DNA of 64,000 nt from Isurus oxyrinchus (lineage: Eukaryota): positions 130,324,001 through 130,388,000 of the forward strand of contig JANJGN010000015.1 in assembly GCA_026770705.1 (NCBI GenBank), read 5' to 3'. The position numbers and the translations under genes are program-made. This document shows positions 25,529-39,400 of the stretch, piece after piece; position 1 is the first letter of the stretch, and each line of letters starts with the position of its first letter. The notes under the pieces are model-generated. The model worked only from the letters and a program-made list of their open reading frames with translations. It made no database searches and had not been told where the DNA came from.

Positions 25529-26339
25529 CAGAACGACTCCCAATCAGTAAACGGGGGGGGGGGGGGGGGGGGGGGTGAAACGAAAACAGAAAAATGTCAT
25601 TGCGCCTCAAAAAGGGTGATCATTTTAAAAGTGCTTAGTTCACGATTGGATGTCTAACACACAACCCGAGAGCCTGGGACACTTTTCCATTCATGCATCC
25701 CTGTTCCAACTGTTCTGAAGAAGAGTCATACGGACTCGAAACGTTAACTCTGTTTCTCTCTCCACAGATGCTGCCAGACCTGCTGAGTTTTTCCAGCATT
25801 TTATTTCAGAATTCCAGCAACTGCAGTATTTTGCTGTTATCACAATCAATACAGATTCCCTGCTACATATTACTCTCCACTACCACCACCCCCACCCCCG
25901 CCCAATTCGATTTTGTGACATTTCCCTGTTGCCATTTCCTTCTCTGTATCGTCGTTAGTCCCATATCCACGACAATAACTACAATTTGTATTTATATAGC
26001 GCCTTTACCGCAGTAAAACACGCCTCTTCACAAGAGTGATGCACTTCAAAGTTTGACACCGAGCCACCGGGTGATATTAGGGCAGAGGACCAACATGTGG
26101 CTCAAAGGGGTGGGTTTGAAGCAGGTGCCTTCAAGGAGGAAAGAAAAACAGAGAAGCTTAACTAGCAGCCAGTGAAGATCAGTAAACACAGGCATTGTGG
26201 GTCATTGAGACTTGCGGGTGGGGGGTGGATTTTACGGCTTATCGCGGCGGGGGCGGGGCCGTCAAATACAACTTGCCCTTCAAAAGTCCACTGACTTTAG
26301 CAGACTGTAAAATCCCACCGGTAAAATTCCTCCATTGGT

Positions 26340-26870
26340 GCGCGTTATGACACAGACAAAAAGAGTTTTGAATATCCTCAAGTTTATGCAGAGTAGAATG
26401 TGGAAGGTCTGTCTGAAGTGCATTGGAATGGTCAAAGTTAGAGGTTACATAGGCTAGGTTGGGGTTCCAGTGGCAGGTGAGCTGAGGGATGGGTGGAGTC
26501 AGCTGGTAGGTGGAAACAGGCGGCCTTAATAATGGCAGGAATACATGGTTGGAAGCTCATCTGGGGTCAAATATGACACCAATGTTGTGAACAGTCTGGC
26601 TCAGCCTTGCACAGTTGCCAGGGAAGCTGATGGAGTCAGTGACTAATGAAAGGGTTTTGTGACAGGATCCAAGGACCATGGCTTCAGTCTCCCCAATCCT
26701 TAGTTGGAGGAAGTTGCTACCCAACCAGTACAAGACATCGGACAAGCAGTTTGACAATTCAGAAACAGTGTCGCGCTGGCCAGAGTGGTGGTGAGGTAGT
26801 GCTGTGTGTCATCAATGTACATGCATTTCTAGATGATGTCACCGAGGGTTGTGTTAATGAGAAACAGGAA
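26340..26870 (-). mobile_element. L2-like LINE fragment
   Basis: LSDVLYWLGSNFLQL...ETE motif. Confidence 0.6.
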
Positions 26871-26889
26871 GGGACCAAGAATAGTTGTG

Positions 26890-27900
26890 TCAAATGTCAT
26901 GTCTGACTAATTTGAATTTTTTGAGGTAGTAACAAGGAGGATTGATGAGGATACTGTAGATGATGTAGTCTACATGGATCTTAACAAAGCTTTTGGCAAG
27001 GTCCCACATGGCAGATTGGTTTCAAAAAAAGCCCATGGGATCCAGGGGAATGTAGCAAACTGATACAAAATTGGCTCAGTGGCAGGAAACAAAGGGTAAT
27101 TGTTGATGGATGTTTTTGTGACTGGAAGACTGTTTCCAGTGGAGTTCAGCAGGGCTCAGTACTCGCTGCCCTGCTTTTTGTGGTATATATTAATGATTTG
27201 GGCATAGATGTAGGGGCAATGATCAAGAAGTTTGCAGATGACACCAAAATTGGCTACATGGTTGATAGTGAGGAGGATTGCTGTAGACTGCAGGAAGATA
27301 TCAATGGTCTAGTCAGGTGGGTAGAAAAGTGGCAAATGGAATTCAACGCAGAGAAGTGTGAGGTGATGCATTTGGGGAGGTCAAACAAGGCAAAGGATTA
27401 CACTGAGGGTGTAGAGAAAGAGAGAGATCTTGGAGTGAATGTATACAGATCCCTGAAGGTTGATAAGGTGGTTAAGAAGGCAAATGGAATCCTTTCATTT
27501 ATTGGCCGAGGCATAGAATATAAGAGCAGGCAGGTTATGCTAGAACTGCATAAAACATTAGTAAGGCCACATCTTGAGCACTGTGTGCAGTTCTGGCCAT
27601 CTCATTACAGAAATAAAGTGATTGGATTCGAGAGGGAACAGAGGATGTTGCCGGGACTGGCAAGCTGCAGCTATGAGGAAAGATTGAATAGGCTGGGATT
27701 GTTCTCCTTGGAACAGAGGAGCCTGAGGGGAGATTTGGTTGAGATGTACAAAATGGTGAGGGATCTGGATAGAGTGGATGGAAAGGCCGATTTACTTTAG
27801 CAGAGAGGTCAGTGACTTGGGGCTTGTTTTTTTTGGCTGGCACAGACACAATGGGCCAAGTGGCCTCTTTCTGTGCTGTAAACTTTCTATGATTCTATGA
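26890..27900 (+). mobile_element. CR1 LINE RT fragment
   Basis: ORF 27180..27800 with YINDL, KFADDTK and WQMEFN. Confidence 0.85.
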
Positions 27901-28865
27901 ATATACTTCTGGGGCACAGAAGAGATAAGGATGTGGGAACAAGAAGAGAAGCCATTGCAGTATTTTTTTAGCTATTAGCGATTACTGGATTAAAAATGGA
28001 ATGGGAGCAGGGGGCAGTCCCACCCAATTGTAGAGAGGTGTTGGGGAAGGATATTTCCCCAAGGATATTGTGTGATCAACTGTGTGAAAGGCCACAGACA
28101 GATTGAGATGAGCATTGAAGGATAGTTTACCATGGTCATAATCACAAAGGATCTCAATTGTGTTTTTGATAAGGGCCATTCTCTGTAGAGCGGGCTGTGA
28201 TAAATTATGTTTGAGGACAAATATTCTGAGGCATCATTTACACAGATGCTTTAAACATCAAAAAGCACTAACAACTGTTCACAAGGACCAATGATTATTT
28301 TGGAGTAGAGAAACAAAGAAAGCCAGCAATTTCAATTGAAAAGAAAAGCTGGGTAACCTTGGTTTAAAATTCCCTTTGTTTTCAATGCTTGAAACTCTGG
28401 ATAATTGTTACTGCTGTCATAGTATTATTTAGGTGTGAGACTGAACTCAGTGATGTCACTTTTACCTCTCAGACAGATGGCCATTAGTTCAAGCCTCATC
28501 ATAAGGACCTGAACATATCATCCAAGCTGCCACTTCAGTGCAGAACTGATGCAGTGCTGCAATGTCTGAGATACCAGTTTTAGGATGAGATGTTAAACTG
28601 AAATCTACCTTCTCTCTCAGGCACATGTGTTTTGGTTAACATTCATCTCAATATTCTTCAGTGCCGCTAAAGCAGATTAATTGGTCTCTTATCCCGTTGC
28701 TGTTTGCGAGAACTTGATGTGCAAACATTAGTATGATGTGTCTATCACAACAATGTGATTTTCTTTTCTTTATTCTTTCATGAGATGTGGGAGTCGCTGG
28801 GGCAAGGCCAGCATTTATTGCCCATCCCTGATTGTCCTTGTACTGAGGGCAGTTAAAAGTCAACC

Positions 28866-29450
28866 AAAACAAAAACAGAATTACCTGGAAAAACTCAGCA
28901 GGTCTGGCAGCATCGGCAGAGAAGAAAAGAGTTGACATTTCGAGTCCTCATGAACCTTCAACAGAACTGGGTGAATCCAAGGAGAGGGGTGAAATATAAG
29001 CTGGTTTAAGGTGGTGGGGGGGGGGGGGGAGGGGAGAGAAAAGTGGGGGAGTTGGTGTGGTTGTAGGGACAAGCAAGCAGTGATAGGAGCAGATCATCAA
29101 AAGATGTCAAAGAGATATGGCTGTGAAAGCGGGTTTTAGTAAACACGTTGACAAACACCAGGAGAGAAATGGAAAGCAATGAAGGTGAAACAAGGCAAAA
29201 GAGAGATACGGAAATCTTGTCACAGAGAGGAACAGAACTTCTTCAAGGTAGGCATTTCTTGAAGAGGAGTGGCAGTCAATTAAACACAGAGATAAAAACA
29301 AAAAACTGCGGATGCTGGAAATCCAAAACCAAAACAGAATTACCTGGAAAAACTCATCAGGTCTGGCAGCATCGGCGGAGAAGAAAAGAGTTGATGTTTC
29401 GAGTCCTCATGACCCTTCAACAGAACTGATTGAATGTTAGAAGAGGGGTG
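28866..29450. mobile_element. Tandem Penelope terminal repeats inserted in an older repeat, TSD aaagtcaacca
   Basis: Two direct copies of the young unit flanked by a direct repeat. Confidence 0.7.
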
Positions 29451-30529
29451 AAAGTCAACCACATTGCTGTGGGTCTGGAGTCACATGTAGGCCAGTCTAG
29501 GTGAGGATGGCAGATTTCCTTCCCTAAAGGACAGTAATAAATCAGATGTGTTTCATGGTCACCATTACTGAGACTAGTTTTCAATTCCAGATTTATTAAT
29601 TGAATTTAAATTCTACCAGCTGCCATGATAGGATTTGAAGCCAAATTCCCAGGCCATTAGGCTGAACCTCTGGAACACTGGTCCAGTAATATTACTATCA
29701 CACCACCATCTCCCCAAAGTGATAGCCGATCACTGTGTGATATTGATATGTGATATTGCAGTGTGATATCATTTCAAAAGGAATTAGTTGGCTCTAAAGC
29801 ACTTTGGGACTGCCAATGTTTTGAAAGAAGCTATCTAAAAGTGAAGTTCTTTCTTATCAGCTCTCTAATAATACCTGTACCATTATGGAGTAGTGTAAAT
29901 GGATTCAATGCCCTCTAAGACTAGAAGCTGAGTTCTATTCAGGCTCAGTTAAAGCTTCCCTTCCCAGGCCTAAAACTAGTGCAATTTCCAACTCTTCTTG
30001 ATTGCCAATTAGGATAACTGTGTCGTTAATCAGAAGTGAGTTAACAAAAGGAGCTTTATAAAAGGGGCACAAACAATAAACACCAAGGAAAACGTATTCA
30101 GTTAAATCATAGTTGCCGACAATGCCCTCCAGTCCTTACGGTGCTCACTGGGTGCAGAATGTCTCCAGCTTTCTAACATTAGGAACCCACTCTGAGCTCC
30201 TTTGTTCTTGAGGAAATGAGCTTCAGAGGAAATTTTCCAGTTTTCAGGATTATTAGGGGGATACATAAACTGGAAAGTTGAAGGAGCCAGGAGGATGAGC
30301 TGAAGGTTCAGAAGAGCTAAGGTGCACAATAGGTTTTACTATTTTATGCAGATTTTAGGAATATGTGTGACCAAATACCCAGACAGGAAATGCAGTTAGG
30401 CAGTTTAGGAAAAGTCTTAGGATATTAGGGGGAATGGGGCATTTGGAGTTCTGAGTGTTTCAGGGACCAGCCATATACAGTCTTTCTCAGTCCTGTATTT
30501 TACAATGCTTGAAAAAAATACATACATTT

Positions 30530-31460
30530 ATATAGATATATTAATGACTTAGACCTTGGTGTACGGGGCACAATATCAAAGGTTGCAGATGGTATGAAAC
30601 TTGAAGCATTGTGAACTGTGAGGAGGATGGTGTGGAACTACAATAGAACATAGACAAGTTGGTGGAATGGGCGGATAGGTGGCAGATGAAGGTCAATGTG
30701 GAAAAATATGAATTGATTCATTTTGGTAGGAAGAACATGGAGGGGAAATATAAAGTAAAGGTTATAATTCTAAAGGGGGCATGGGAGCAGAGGGACCTGG
30801 ATGTATATATGCATAAGGCATTCAAGGCGGCAGAGCAGTTGATAAAGCACATAGTATCCCAGGCTTTATTAATAGGGACGTAGAATACAAGAGCAAGGAG
30901 GTCATGTTGAACTTGTATAGGGAACTGGTTTAGCCTCAGCTGGAGTATTGTGTCCTGTTCTGGGCACTGTACTTTAGGAAGAATGTGAAGGCATTGGAGA
31001 GAGTGCAGAAAAGAGAGCAAGAATGGTTCCAGGGTTGAGGAGCTTCAGTTATGAAGATAGATTGAAGAAGTTAGGATTGTTTTCCTTGGAGAAAAGAAGG
31101 CTGAGAGGAGATTTCCTAGAGGTATTCAAAATTATGAGGAGGCTGGACACAGTAGCTGGAGAGAAACTGTTTTTACTGGTGAAAGGATCAAGAACGTACG
31201 GGCACAGATTTAAAGTAATTGGCATGTGAAGCAAAAGCAACATTAGAAATAACTTTGTACAGGCGAATGGCTAAGGTCTGAGATACAGTCAGAGGGTATG
31301 GTGGAGGGAGGTTCAAAAGGAAATTAGACTGTTATCTGAAAAGGAAGAATGTGCAGGGTTATGGGGAGAAGGTGGGAGAATGGCACTAAGTGAATTGTTC
31401 ATTTGGAGAGCTGGTACTGACACAATGGGCCAAATGTCTTCCTCCTGCACTGTAGCAATT
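30530..31460 (+). mobile_element. CR1 LINE 3' fragment
   Basis: RT C-terminal motifs with frameshifts. Confidence 0.8.
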
Positions 31461-32175
31461 CTGTGATTTGATGAATAAACCGTATTTAATGCTAATACTG
31501 CCAAACCTGTCTTTTCACTCCTTGCAGTCACATTGCAACCAATCAGAAGCCGGACTAAACTCCTCCTCCTGGTTCTGATGAAGAACCGTACGGACTCGAA
31601 ACATTACCTGTATTCCTCCCCGCAGATGCTGTCAGACCTGCTGAGTTTTTCCAATTATCTTTGTTTTTATTTCCTCCTCCTGGTATTGCCAATGGTATAG
31701 AAATACCAACTCAAATTCCGAAATAGAAATACCAACTCAAATACCGATATGGAAATGTCAAATCGTTGGAAGTTTGGTAGTGTTGGTGAAGCCGTTTCAT
31801 TTTGCACAGGCATTGAGCACAATTGATCCTGGAGGTGGAATCACAGCACAAAGAGCCTTCTAAATACATCAAATCATTAGAACAAAGCTGATAAACAATG
31901 GCTTGATTTTTTCTATTTCTGTTGATTTTGCATTTGCCCTTTGAAGATTGTTTTAATAATGATAAACAATATTACTGATTGGAGGATTTATTGATTTGGT
32001 TAATGTTAGGCAGTGTATTAAAATCATTATTTGGTTATAGGGCAGAGTAATTTTCTGCAGATCACTAATTTCTGTACAGATATTCGATTGCAGATTTGCA
32101 CAGAATGGTTTATTTCCTCTTGTACTGGTGATTCCTTCCTTCACTATAGAATTGTGCAAAATGCCACAACTCTAA

Positions 32176-33025
32176 GGCTGGTCAGATGGGCTGGTCAGAT
32201 GGACTGGTCAGTGGCAAATGGAATTTAATCCGGATAAGTGTGAGGTGATGCACTTGGGCAGGACAAATAAGGCATGGTAATACACAATGAATGGTAGGAC
32301 CCTGGGAAGTACCAAGGATCAGAGGGACCTTGATGTTCATGTCCACTGGTCCCTTAAGGTAGCGGGATAGGTAGATAAGGTGGTTAAGAAGGCATATGGG
32401 ATACTTGCCTTTATTAGCCGAGGCATAGAATATAAGAGCAGGGAAGTTATGCTGGAACTATATAAAACACTAGTTAGGCCACAGCTAGAGTATTGCGTGC
32501 ATTTCTAGAATCCGCATTATAGGAAGGATGTGACTGCACTAGATAGAGTGCAGAGGAGATTTATCAGGATGTTGCCTGGGCTGGAGAGTTTTAGCAATGA
32601 GGATAGATTGGACAGACTGAGGTTATTTTCCTTGGAGCAGAAGAGATCGAGGGGGGACATGATTGAGGTGTTTAAAATTATGAGGGGCATAGATAGGGTA
32701 GACAGGAAGGAACTTTTCCCCTTTGTGGAGGGAGGCAAAGATTTAATATAAGGGGCAGGGGGTTTAGAGGGGATGTGAGGAAGAATTTTTTCACCCAGAG
32801 GGTGGTGGGAATCTGGAACTCACTGCCTGAAAGGGTAATAGATGTAGAAACCCTCATAACATTTAATAAGTATTTGGCTGTGCAGTTATGATGCCATGGC
32901 ATACAGGGCTATGGGTCTAGTGTTGGAAAATGGCATTAGAGTAGTTAGGTATTTGTTTGACCAGCATAGACTTGATAGGTTGAAGGGTCTTTTTCTGTGC
33001 TGTAGACCTCTATGACTCTATGATT
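32176..33025 (+). mobile_element. CR1 LINE 3' fragment
   Basis: RVQRRFIRMLPGL...FSLEQ motifs and a 3' tail. Confidence 0.8.
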
Positions 33026-33929
33026 CTAACAAAGAGGGAAGAGAGGGGATCTTTCGGATCGCAGTGTTCACTACTGAAGAATGGCATCAGAGGAGCCTGA
33101 ATGGAGGAAGCAGAATAAAATGGTCCAGTCTAATTGCAGTATGTATGTGGGGGCAGGGTCAAAGTAATTGTGGACTCTGCAATGTTGCTAACAAAATAAC
33201 TCATCTGTTGCCTCCCCAGATGCTAGCTCACTTGCTGAGTGTTCACCAGCATCTTCCATTTTCATCCCTTATTTTGGAATGTAGGAACCAAGGATTTAGG
33301 AGCAGGAGAATAAATTCAGCCCTTCAAGCCTGCTCCACCATTGGGTAGGATCATGATTGATGTGATTGTGGCCTCACCTCCACTTTCCTGTCTGCCCCCC
33401 ATAACCCTCAATTTCCTCATCTATCAAAAATCTATCAAACTCAACAGTGATTGAGTTCAATGACCCAACCTCAGAACTAGGATCGCTACTGCCTGATTAT
33501 TAATGCACTAAATTGCATTTAACAATTCTGGAAAAACGTTATGAAGTTTGAAATTATAACCATAAAATGTGCAGAAAATAACACAACCAACTGAAGAGCA
33601 TGGGAAGATAGGAGAAGGAGTAGGCCATTCGGCCCATCAAGCCTACTCCGCCATTCAAACAGATCATGGCTGATCATCTACCTCTCACACCATTTCCCCA
33701 GTATCCCCCCATGTCATTGGTCTCCAGAAATCTAACCATTTCTGCCTTGAACATGCACAATGATTGAGCTTTGGGATTGAGAATTCCAAAGATTCACCAC
33801 CCTCTGAGGGAAGAAATTCCTCTTCATCTCAGTCCTAAATGGCCTTCCTCTTACTCTGAAATTATGTCCTCTGGCTCTAGACTCCCCAGGTTAGAAGACT
33901 AGGTTCAGGTGGAGCTGGGTCCTGAATGG

Positions 33930-33967
33930 TGATTTTGTGCGAACACACGCCTGTTTGTACCGCTGTG
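33930..33967 (-). other. V-B recombination signal sequence CACAGCG-22-ACAAAATCA (23-type)
   Basis: Immediately follows the YFCAASFS codons. Confidence 0.88.
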
Positions 33968-34270
33968 AGAAACTAGCAGCGCAGAAGTACACGGCACTGT
34001 CACTCACACGGAGCGAGTTTATCATCAGACTGCAGTTGCGAAGGTCTGGCCGAGAAACATTGAACCTGGCGGGAATTTCCGAGGTGAACGGTTTCTGTGC
34101 TCCATATGCTTGCTGAATATACAGGATGAATTTCAAGCTTTCCCCGGGTATCTGCTGGTACCAGTACATGTTATCCCAGCTAGCGGTCTGTGTGCACTTT
34201 ATCTCCACACCCTGTCCCACAAACATTGTGGCGGGGGGAGATTGTGTGACAATATTGTCAGGAGCGGCGC
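33968..34270 (-). CDS. V-B exon: TCR V segment (Vbeta-like), intact
   Basis: DNIVTQSP...C...WYQQIPGESLKFI...RFNVSRPD...SLMINSLRVSDSAVYFCAAS. Acceptor ttactcag, followed by an RSS. Confidence 0.95.
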
Positions 34271-34432
34271 CTGAGTAACGAAAACATTCAGATTAGTGAC
34301 TGAAATTCCGCGAATTTTAACCAGTTTTATTATAAACCCAACCAAGTCCTCAAGTCAATGGCAGCCCAGCTCCCTCAATAAACTGTAATGTACAAGTGAG
34401 AGCGGTAATAGTCACTTTGCTAAAACACTGAC

Positions 34433-34478
34433 CTGCCCTTGAGAGAAAGACGAAGAAAATGAGTTGACCGGGCTGCAT
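34433..34478 (-). CDS. V-B leader exon MQPGQLIFFVFLSRA(G)
   Basis: 46-nt hydrophobic exon with a phase-1 GTCAGT donor and a 162-nt intron to the V exon. Confidence 0.9.
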
Positions 34479-34517
34479 CTTTTCAGAGACGGGAGACAGG
34501 GGCACAGTGAGTGCTCC

Positions 34518-34610
34518 TTTATACAGGGCGCTGCTCCCCACCAACCTTGTGGTGACATTTACAACACCCCCACCCTCCACCCCCTCACTCTTTAATGTAC
34601 CAGGAAATGA
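34518..34610 (-). promoter_or_regulatory. V-B promoter: TATAAA (34518-34523), RUNX-type TGTGGT and CRE-like GTGACAT (about 34548-34558), ETS-type CAGGAAAT
   Basis: Motif matches 40-130 nt upstream of the ATG. No Ig octamer seen. Confidence 0.5.
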
Positions 34611-36789
34611 CACTGGCGAGTGTGCTTTCTGCAACTAAACAAAAGCCCTCATTGGAATCTGTAACTGGCTCTTTCCTGTTAACGTTAGCGGTGAGGTTTA
34701 AATGTTCTCATCATGTAAAGCAGTCACTCAGAGAGAGCTGAAGGTCGTCGCAGGTTTAGAAGGGAAATTTCAACCCAGGGATGGGTAAAAGGAATAAACC
34801 CGGAAGAAACTGAGAGGAATTGATGGGACTTTAATCAGCTCCTCGGTTCCCGGAATTCGCAAGGAGACCGAAGTGGATGTCGAGCCCGATATTAGAGGAA
34901 TTTAACCCGGAATTGTAGCAGAGCCTGTCGGTAGAATAGTGTCGGGGCGGACACGATTCACGCGGCAAGATCAAAGGCCGTCTGCTAAAAACATTTTATT
35001 TTCATAAGCAAAGTGTAAGTGTTTATATATCCAGGCGCATGCGAAGTGAGTTGAATAAGAGCAGCTGGGTAAAGGATACAAGTAATGCCTGGTTCAATAT
35101 AACCGATCGGTACCATGGCGAGGAGATCATGGTGGAGAGTTGGGAAATGGAAGAGTCATAAGGAGTCGAAATGTTAACTCTGTCTTGCTTTCCACAGATG
35201 CTGTCAGACCTGCTGAGTTTTTCTAGCAATTTTTGTTTTTGTTTAGGAAATTTAATGGTGTGGTTGTGGTGAATCTGCTTTGACCCCGCAAACACTCGGT
35301 AACTATAGACTCGCCCTCCAAACTTTCCGTGGGGACCGAGTGTTCAGATGCTCAGTTGAAATCAAGGAACAAATGAAGGCAAATGTTGGAGATTACCCGC
35401 GGGATTCCAATTCGTTCTTCCTGATTTTCCACCTTGTTCCTCAGAATCTTCACCCAATGTATTCGCAATGTCCCTGACAAAAGCCAGCATTTCGGATATA
35501 GTTAACATGATCGATTGTTCAGTGAATGTTTGTGATAGGGAAACATACCAAATAGATTCATTATTTGTCACTCCAGCTGAAGCATTAGATCATCTAATCA
35601 CTGTAACAACATTAATGGAAATTGCCAACTTTATGATTTAGAAACAAGTTATGTCGCGGCGGGAGATGGAATTGCTGTACGTTAGGGTGCTACCGTCCCA
35701 CAGAATTAAAAATACTCAGCTCAGAAAGGCTATTTTCAATGGAAGCTCATTGCTCTGGTAACACTCAAAGTGGTGTCAGGGCACCGAACTGATCTTTGCA
35801 CTGTCTTTGCCTGTGTACCTCACCTGGCAGTTTATTTGGAAAGTTAATCAAAAACATGTTTTCCTGGTAAATATAAAAGTTTACTCTTCATCAGTGGAGT
35901 TTCTGGCCTTTACCTCCACTATTCTGACTTATTTTAAATGATTGTCTGACTTTATTATGTCAGTACCATTGCAATCTCCCTTTTCGATTTTCTTCCTATC
36001 TCTAGATTGTAATCTTTTCCAGTTTTTCCAATACTTCCTCTTTCTGAATTTGAGACCATTTTGGTTGCTCTTCACTTGCTGTTGAGATGTGGGTAATGCA
36101 GGATTTATTACCCATCCCTAGGTGCCCTTGAGAATGTGGTGGTGAGCTGCCTTTTTGAACCATTATGATCCATGTAGTGAAGGTACACCCACAGTGCTGT
36201 TAGGTATGGAATTTTAAGATTTTGCAGAAACCACAATGAAAAAGCATTGATATATGTACAAAGCAGGGTGATAGTTGACATTGGATAGAACTTGCCGGTG
36301 TTGGTGTTCCCATGTATCTTTGTATCTTCTGGATCATAGGGGTTGTATATTTGGATGATGCTGTCAAAGAAGCCTCTGTGAGCTGTTGCAGTGCATTTTG
36401 TAGTTGACACATATTACAGACATGGTGCACTGGTATTTGAGGGATTGAATGTTTAAGGTGATGGATGGGGTGCCAAGCAAGCAAACTGCTTCATTTTGAA
36501 TCTTCATCTTGTCCAGTTCCTTGAGTGTTGTGGGAGCTGCACTCATCCAGGCAAGTGGAGAGCATTCCATCACACTGCTGCCTTGTGCCTTGTGGATGGT
36601 GGACAGGCTTTGAGGAGTCAGGAGCTGAGTTACTTGCCACAAAATACCTAACTTCTGACCTGCACTTGCAGCCACATTATCTATATGATTAGTCCAATTA
36701 AGTTTCTGGTCAATAGTGACCCCAAGGATGTTGATGGTGGGGCATTCTGTAATGGTAATGCCTTTGAGATGCTTAGACTCTCCTATAAT

Positions 36790-39400
36790 AAAATCAAAAT
36801 ACTGCAGATGCTGGAAATCTAAAATAAAAACAGAAAATGCTGGAAAAACTCAGCAGGCCTAACAGCATCTGCGGGGAGAGAAACAGAGTTAACATTTTGA
36901 GTCCGTGTGACCCTTCTTCAGAGCTGAAGAGAAGTGGAAATGTGATGGATTTTATACTGTTTAAGGGGGTGGGGGTGGGGGTGGAGCAGGTGGAGCTGGA
37001 TAGACGGCCTGCGATAGGTGGGGACAAAAGAAAGATTGACAAAGATGTCATGAACTAAAGGATGAAGATAATGTTAATGGTAGTGATAAGAGCTGAAAAA
37101 AGCTGCTGATAGTGGCATAAAGGTAAGAAAGCAGAATGTGATAATAGCAGAACAAGTGTAGCATTGTGTGAAACATGGAGCAAGTAACAGGTGGCCCTAT
37201 AGGGGATGGGGTGGGGGGGAGGGGACACTGGTGGGCATAAAAAGGATAGAAAATGAGAGAGAAGGGGGGATAGAAAAGGGGATGAAACCACAGATAAATG
37301 AATAAAAAATAAATAAATAAATGTGGATAAAAAATAAAAATGAATGTAGATAAAGGGATTTAAAAAAGGTGAGCATCGGGGAGAGAGTTCATGGTCTAAA
37401 ATTGTTGAACTCAATATTCGGTCCAGAAGGCTGTAAAGTGCCTAGTCGGAAGATGAGGTGCTGTTCCTCCAGTTTGCGTTGGGCTTCACTGGAACAATGC
37501 AGCAGGCCAAGGACAGACATGTGGGCATGAGAGCAGGGTGGAGTGTTGAAATGGCCAGCGACAGGGAGGTCTGGGTCATTCTTATGGACAGACCGAAGGT
37601 GTTCCGCAAAGCGGTCACTCAGTCTGCATTTGGTCTCTCCAATGTAGAGGAAACCGCACTGGGAACAACGAATGCAGTAGACTAAGTTGAGGGAAGCGCA
37701 AGTGAAATGCTGCTTCACTTGAAAGGAGTGTTTGGGCCCTTGAACAGTGAGGAGGGAGGAGTAAAGGGGCAGGTGTTGCACCTTCTGCAATTGCATGGGA
37801 AGGTGCCTCGGGAAGAGAATGAAGTGTAGGGGTTGATGGAGGAGTGGACCAGGGTGTCCCGGAGGGAACAGTCCCAAGGGAATGCTGACAGGAGGGGTGA
37901 AGGGAAGATGTGTTTGTTGGTGGCATCATGCTGGAATTGGCGGAAATGGCGAAAGATGACCCTTTGAATGTGGAGGTTGGTGGAGTGAAAAGTGAGGACA
38001 AGGAGGTCCCTATCATGGTTCTGGGAGGGAGGGCAAGGGGTGAAATGGACCATGTGAAGGTGATAGAGGGATGAAAATTGGAAGCAAAATTGATAAAAAA
38101 AATTCCAGGTCTAGACGAGAGCAGAAGTGGCACCGAAACAGCCATCCATATGCCAAAGAAAAAGTTGTGGGAGGGGGCCTGAGTCGGACTGGAACAAGGA
38201 ATGTTCCACATACCTCATAAAGAGACAGACATGCTGGTACCCATAGCCACACCTTTTAGTTAGAGGAAGTGATAGGAGTTGAAGGAGAAGTTGTTCAGTG
38301 AAAGAACAAGTTCAGCCAGACGGCGGAGAGTAGTGGTGGATGGGGATTTTTCAGGCCTCTGTTTGAGGAAGAAATGGAGAGCCCTCAGACCATCCTGGTG
38401 GGGGATGGAGGTGTAGAGGGATTGGACGTCCATGGTGAGGTGGAGGCGGTTGGGGCCAGGGAACTGGAAATTGTTGATATGCTGTAGGGCATCAGAGGAA
38501 TCATGGATGTAGGTGGGAAGAGACTGGACAAGGGGAGAGAGAATTGAGTCAGGATAGGAAGACATTAGTTCCATGGCAGGAACAGGCTTACGTGATCGGT
38601 CTACCAGGACAGTCCTGTTTGTGGATTTTGGGAAGGAAGTAGAAGTGGGCTGTCCTGGGGTTGGGAGACTATGAGGTTGGAAGCTGTGGAGGGAAGATCA
38701 CCAGGACGTGGTCAGTGACAGTCCTGGAAACAATGCCTTGATGTTCAGTGGTGGGGTCATGGCCCAGGGAGATGTAGGAGCAAGTGTCTGCGAGTTGGCG
38801 CTCAGCCTCCGCGAGGTAGAGGTCAGTGCGCCAGACAGCAACAGCACCACCCTTGTCAGCGGGTTTGATGACAATGTCAGGGTTGGACCTGAGAGAACAG
38901 TGTGGTAAGTTCAGAAAGAGACAGGTTAGAGTGGGTGAGAGGAGCAGAGAAATTGAGACGCCAATGTCACACCTATAGTTCTCAATGAAAAGATCAAGAA
39001 CAGGTAAGAGGCCAGAGGGAGGGGTCCAGGTGGAGGGAGAATATTGGAGGTGGGTAAAAGGATCCGTGGAACGGGGAGAGGACTCCTGCCCAAAGAAATG
39101 AGCCCGGAGACGAAGGTGGCGGAAGACGAGTTCAGCATTGTGTGGAGCCCGAAATTCGTTGAGATGAGGGCGTAAAGGTCTGAAACTGAGTCCTTTGCTG
39201 AGCACTGAACGTTCAGCATCAGAGAGGGGAAGATCAAGAGGTGTGGTGAATACATGGCAAGGGCTGGGATTGGAAGAAGAGATGGGTTCAGAGAGATGGG
39301 AAGGAGTGGAGGGTCCTGAATGGGTGTTGGTATCAATAAGTTGCTGGAGCTTGGTTCCTTAACACCAGAAAGGAAGAGGAAAAGTTTCTTGTTAAGGCTT
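36790..39400 (-). mobile_element. Decayed Penelope-like retroelement (RT + GIY-YIG endonuclease) with terminal repeat
   Basis: Fragmented ORFs with IKPADKGG, LTMDVQSLYTSIPH, NNFSFN and VYCIRCSQCGFLYIGET...RFAEH. Terminal repeat with hammerhead-like core near 36790-36960. Confidence 0.88.

Noticed and set aside
34503-34509. Perfect CACAGTG upstream of the V leader
   Set aside because: No nonamer at 12 or 23 nt.
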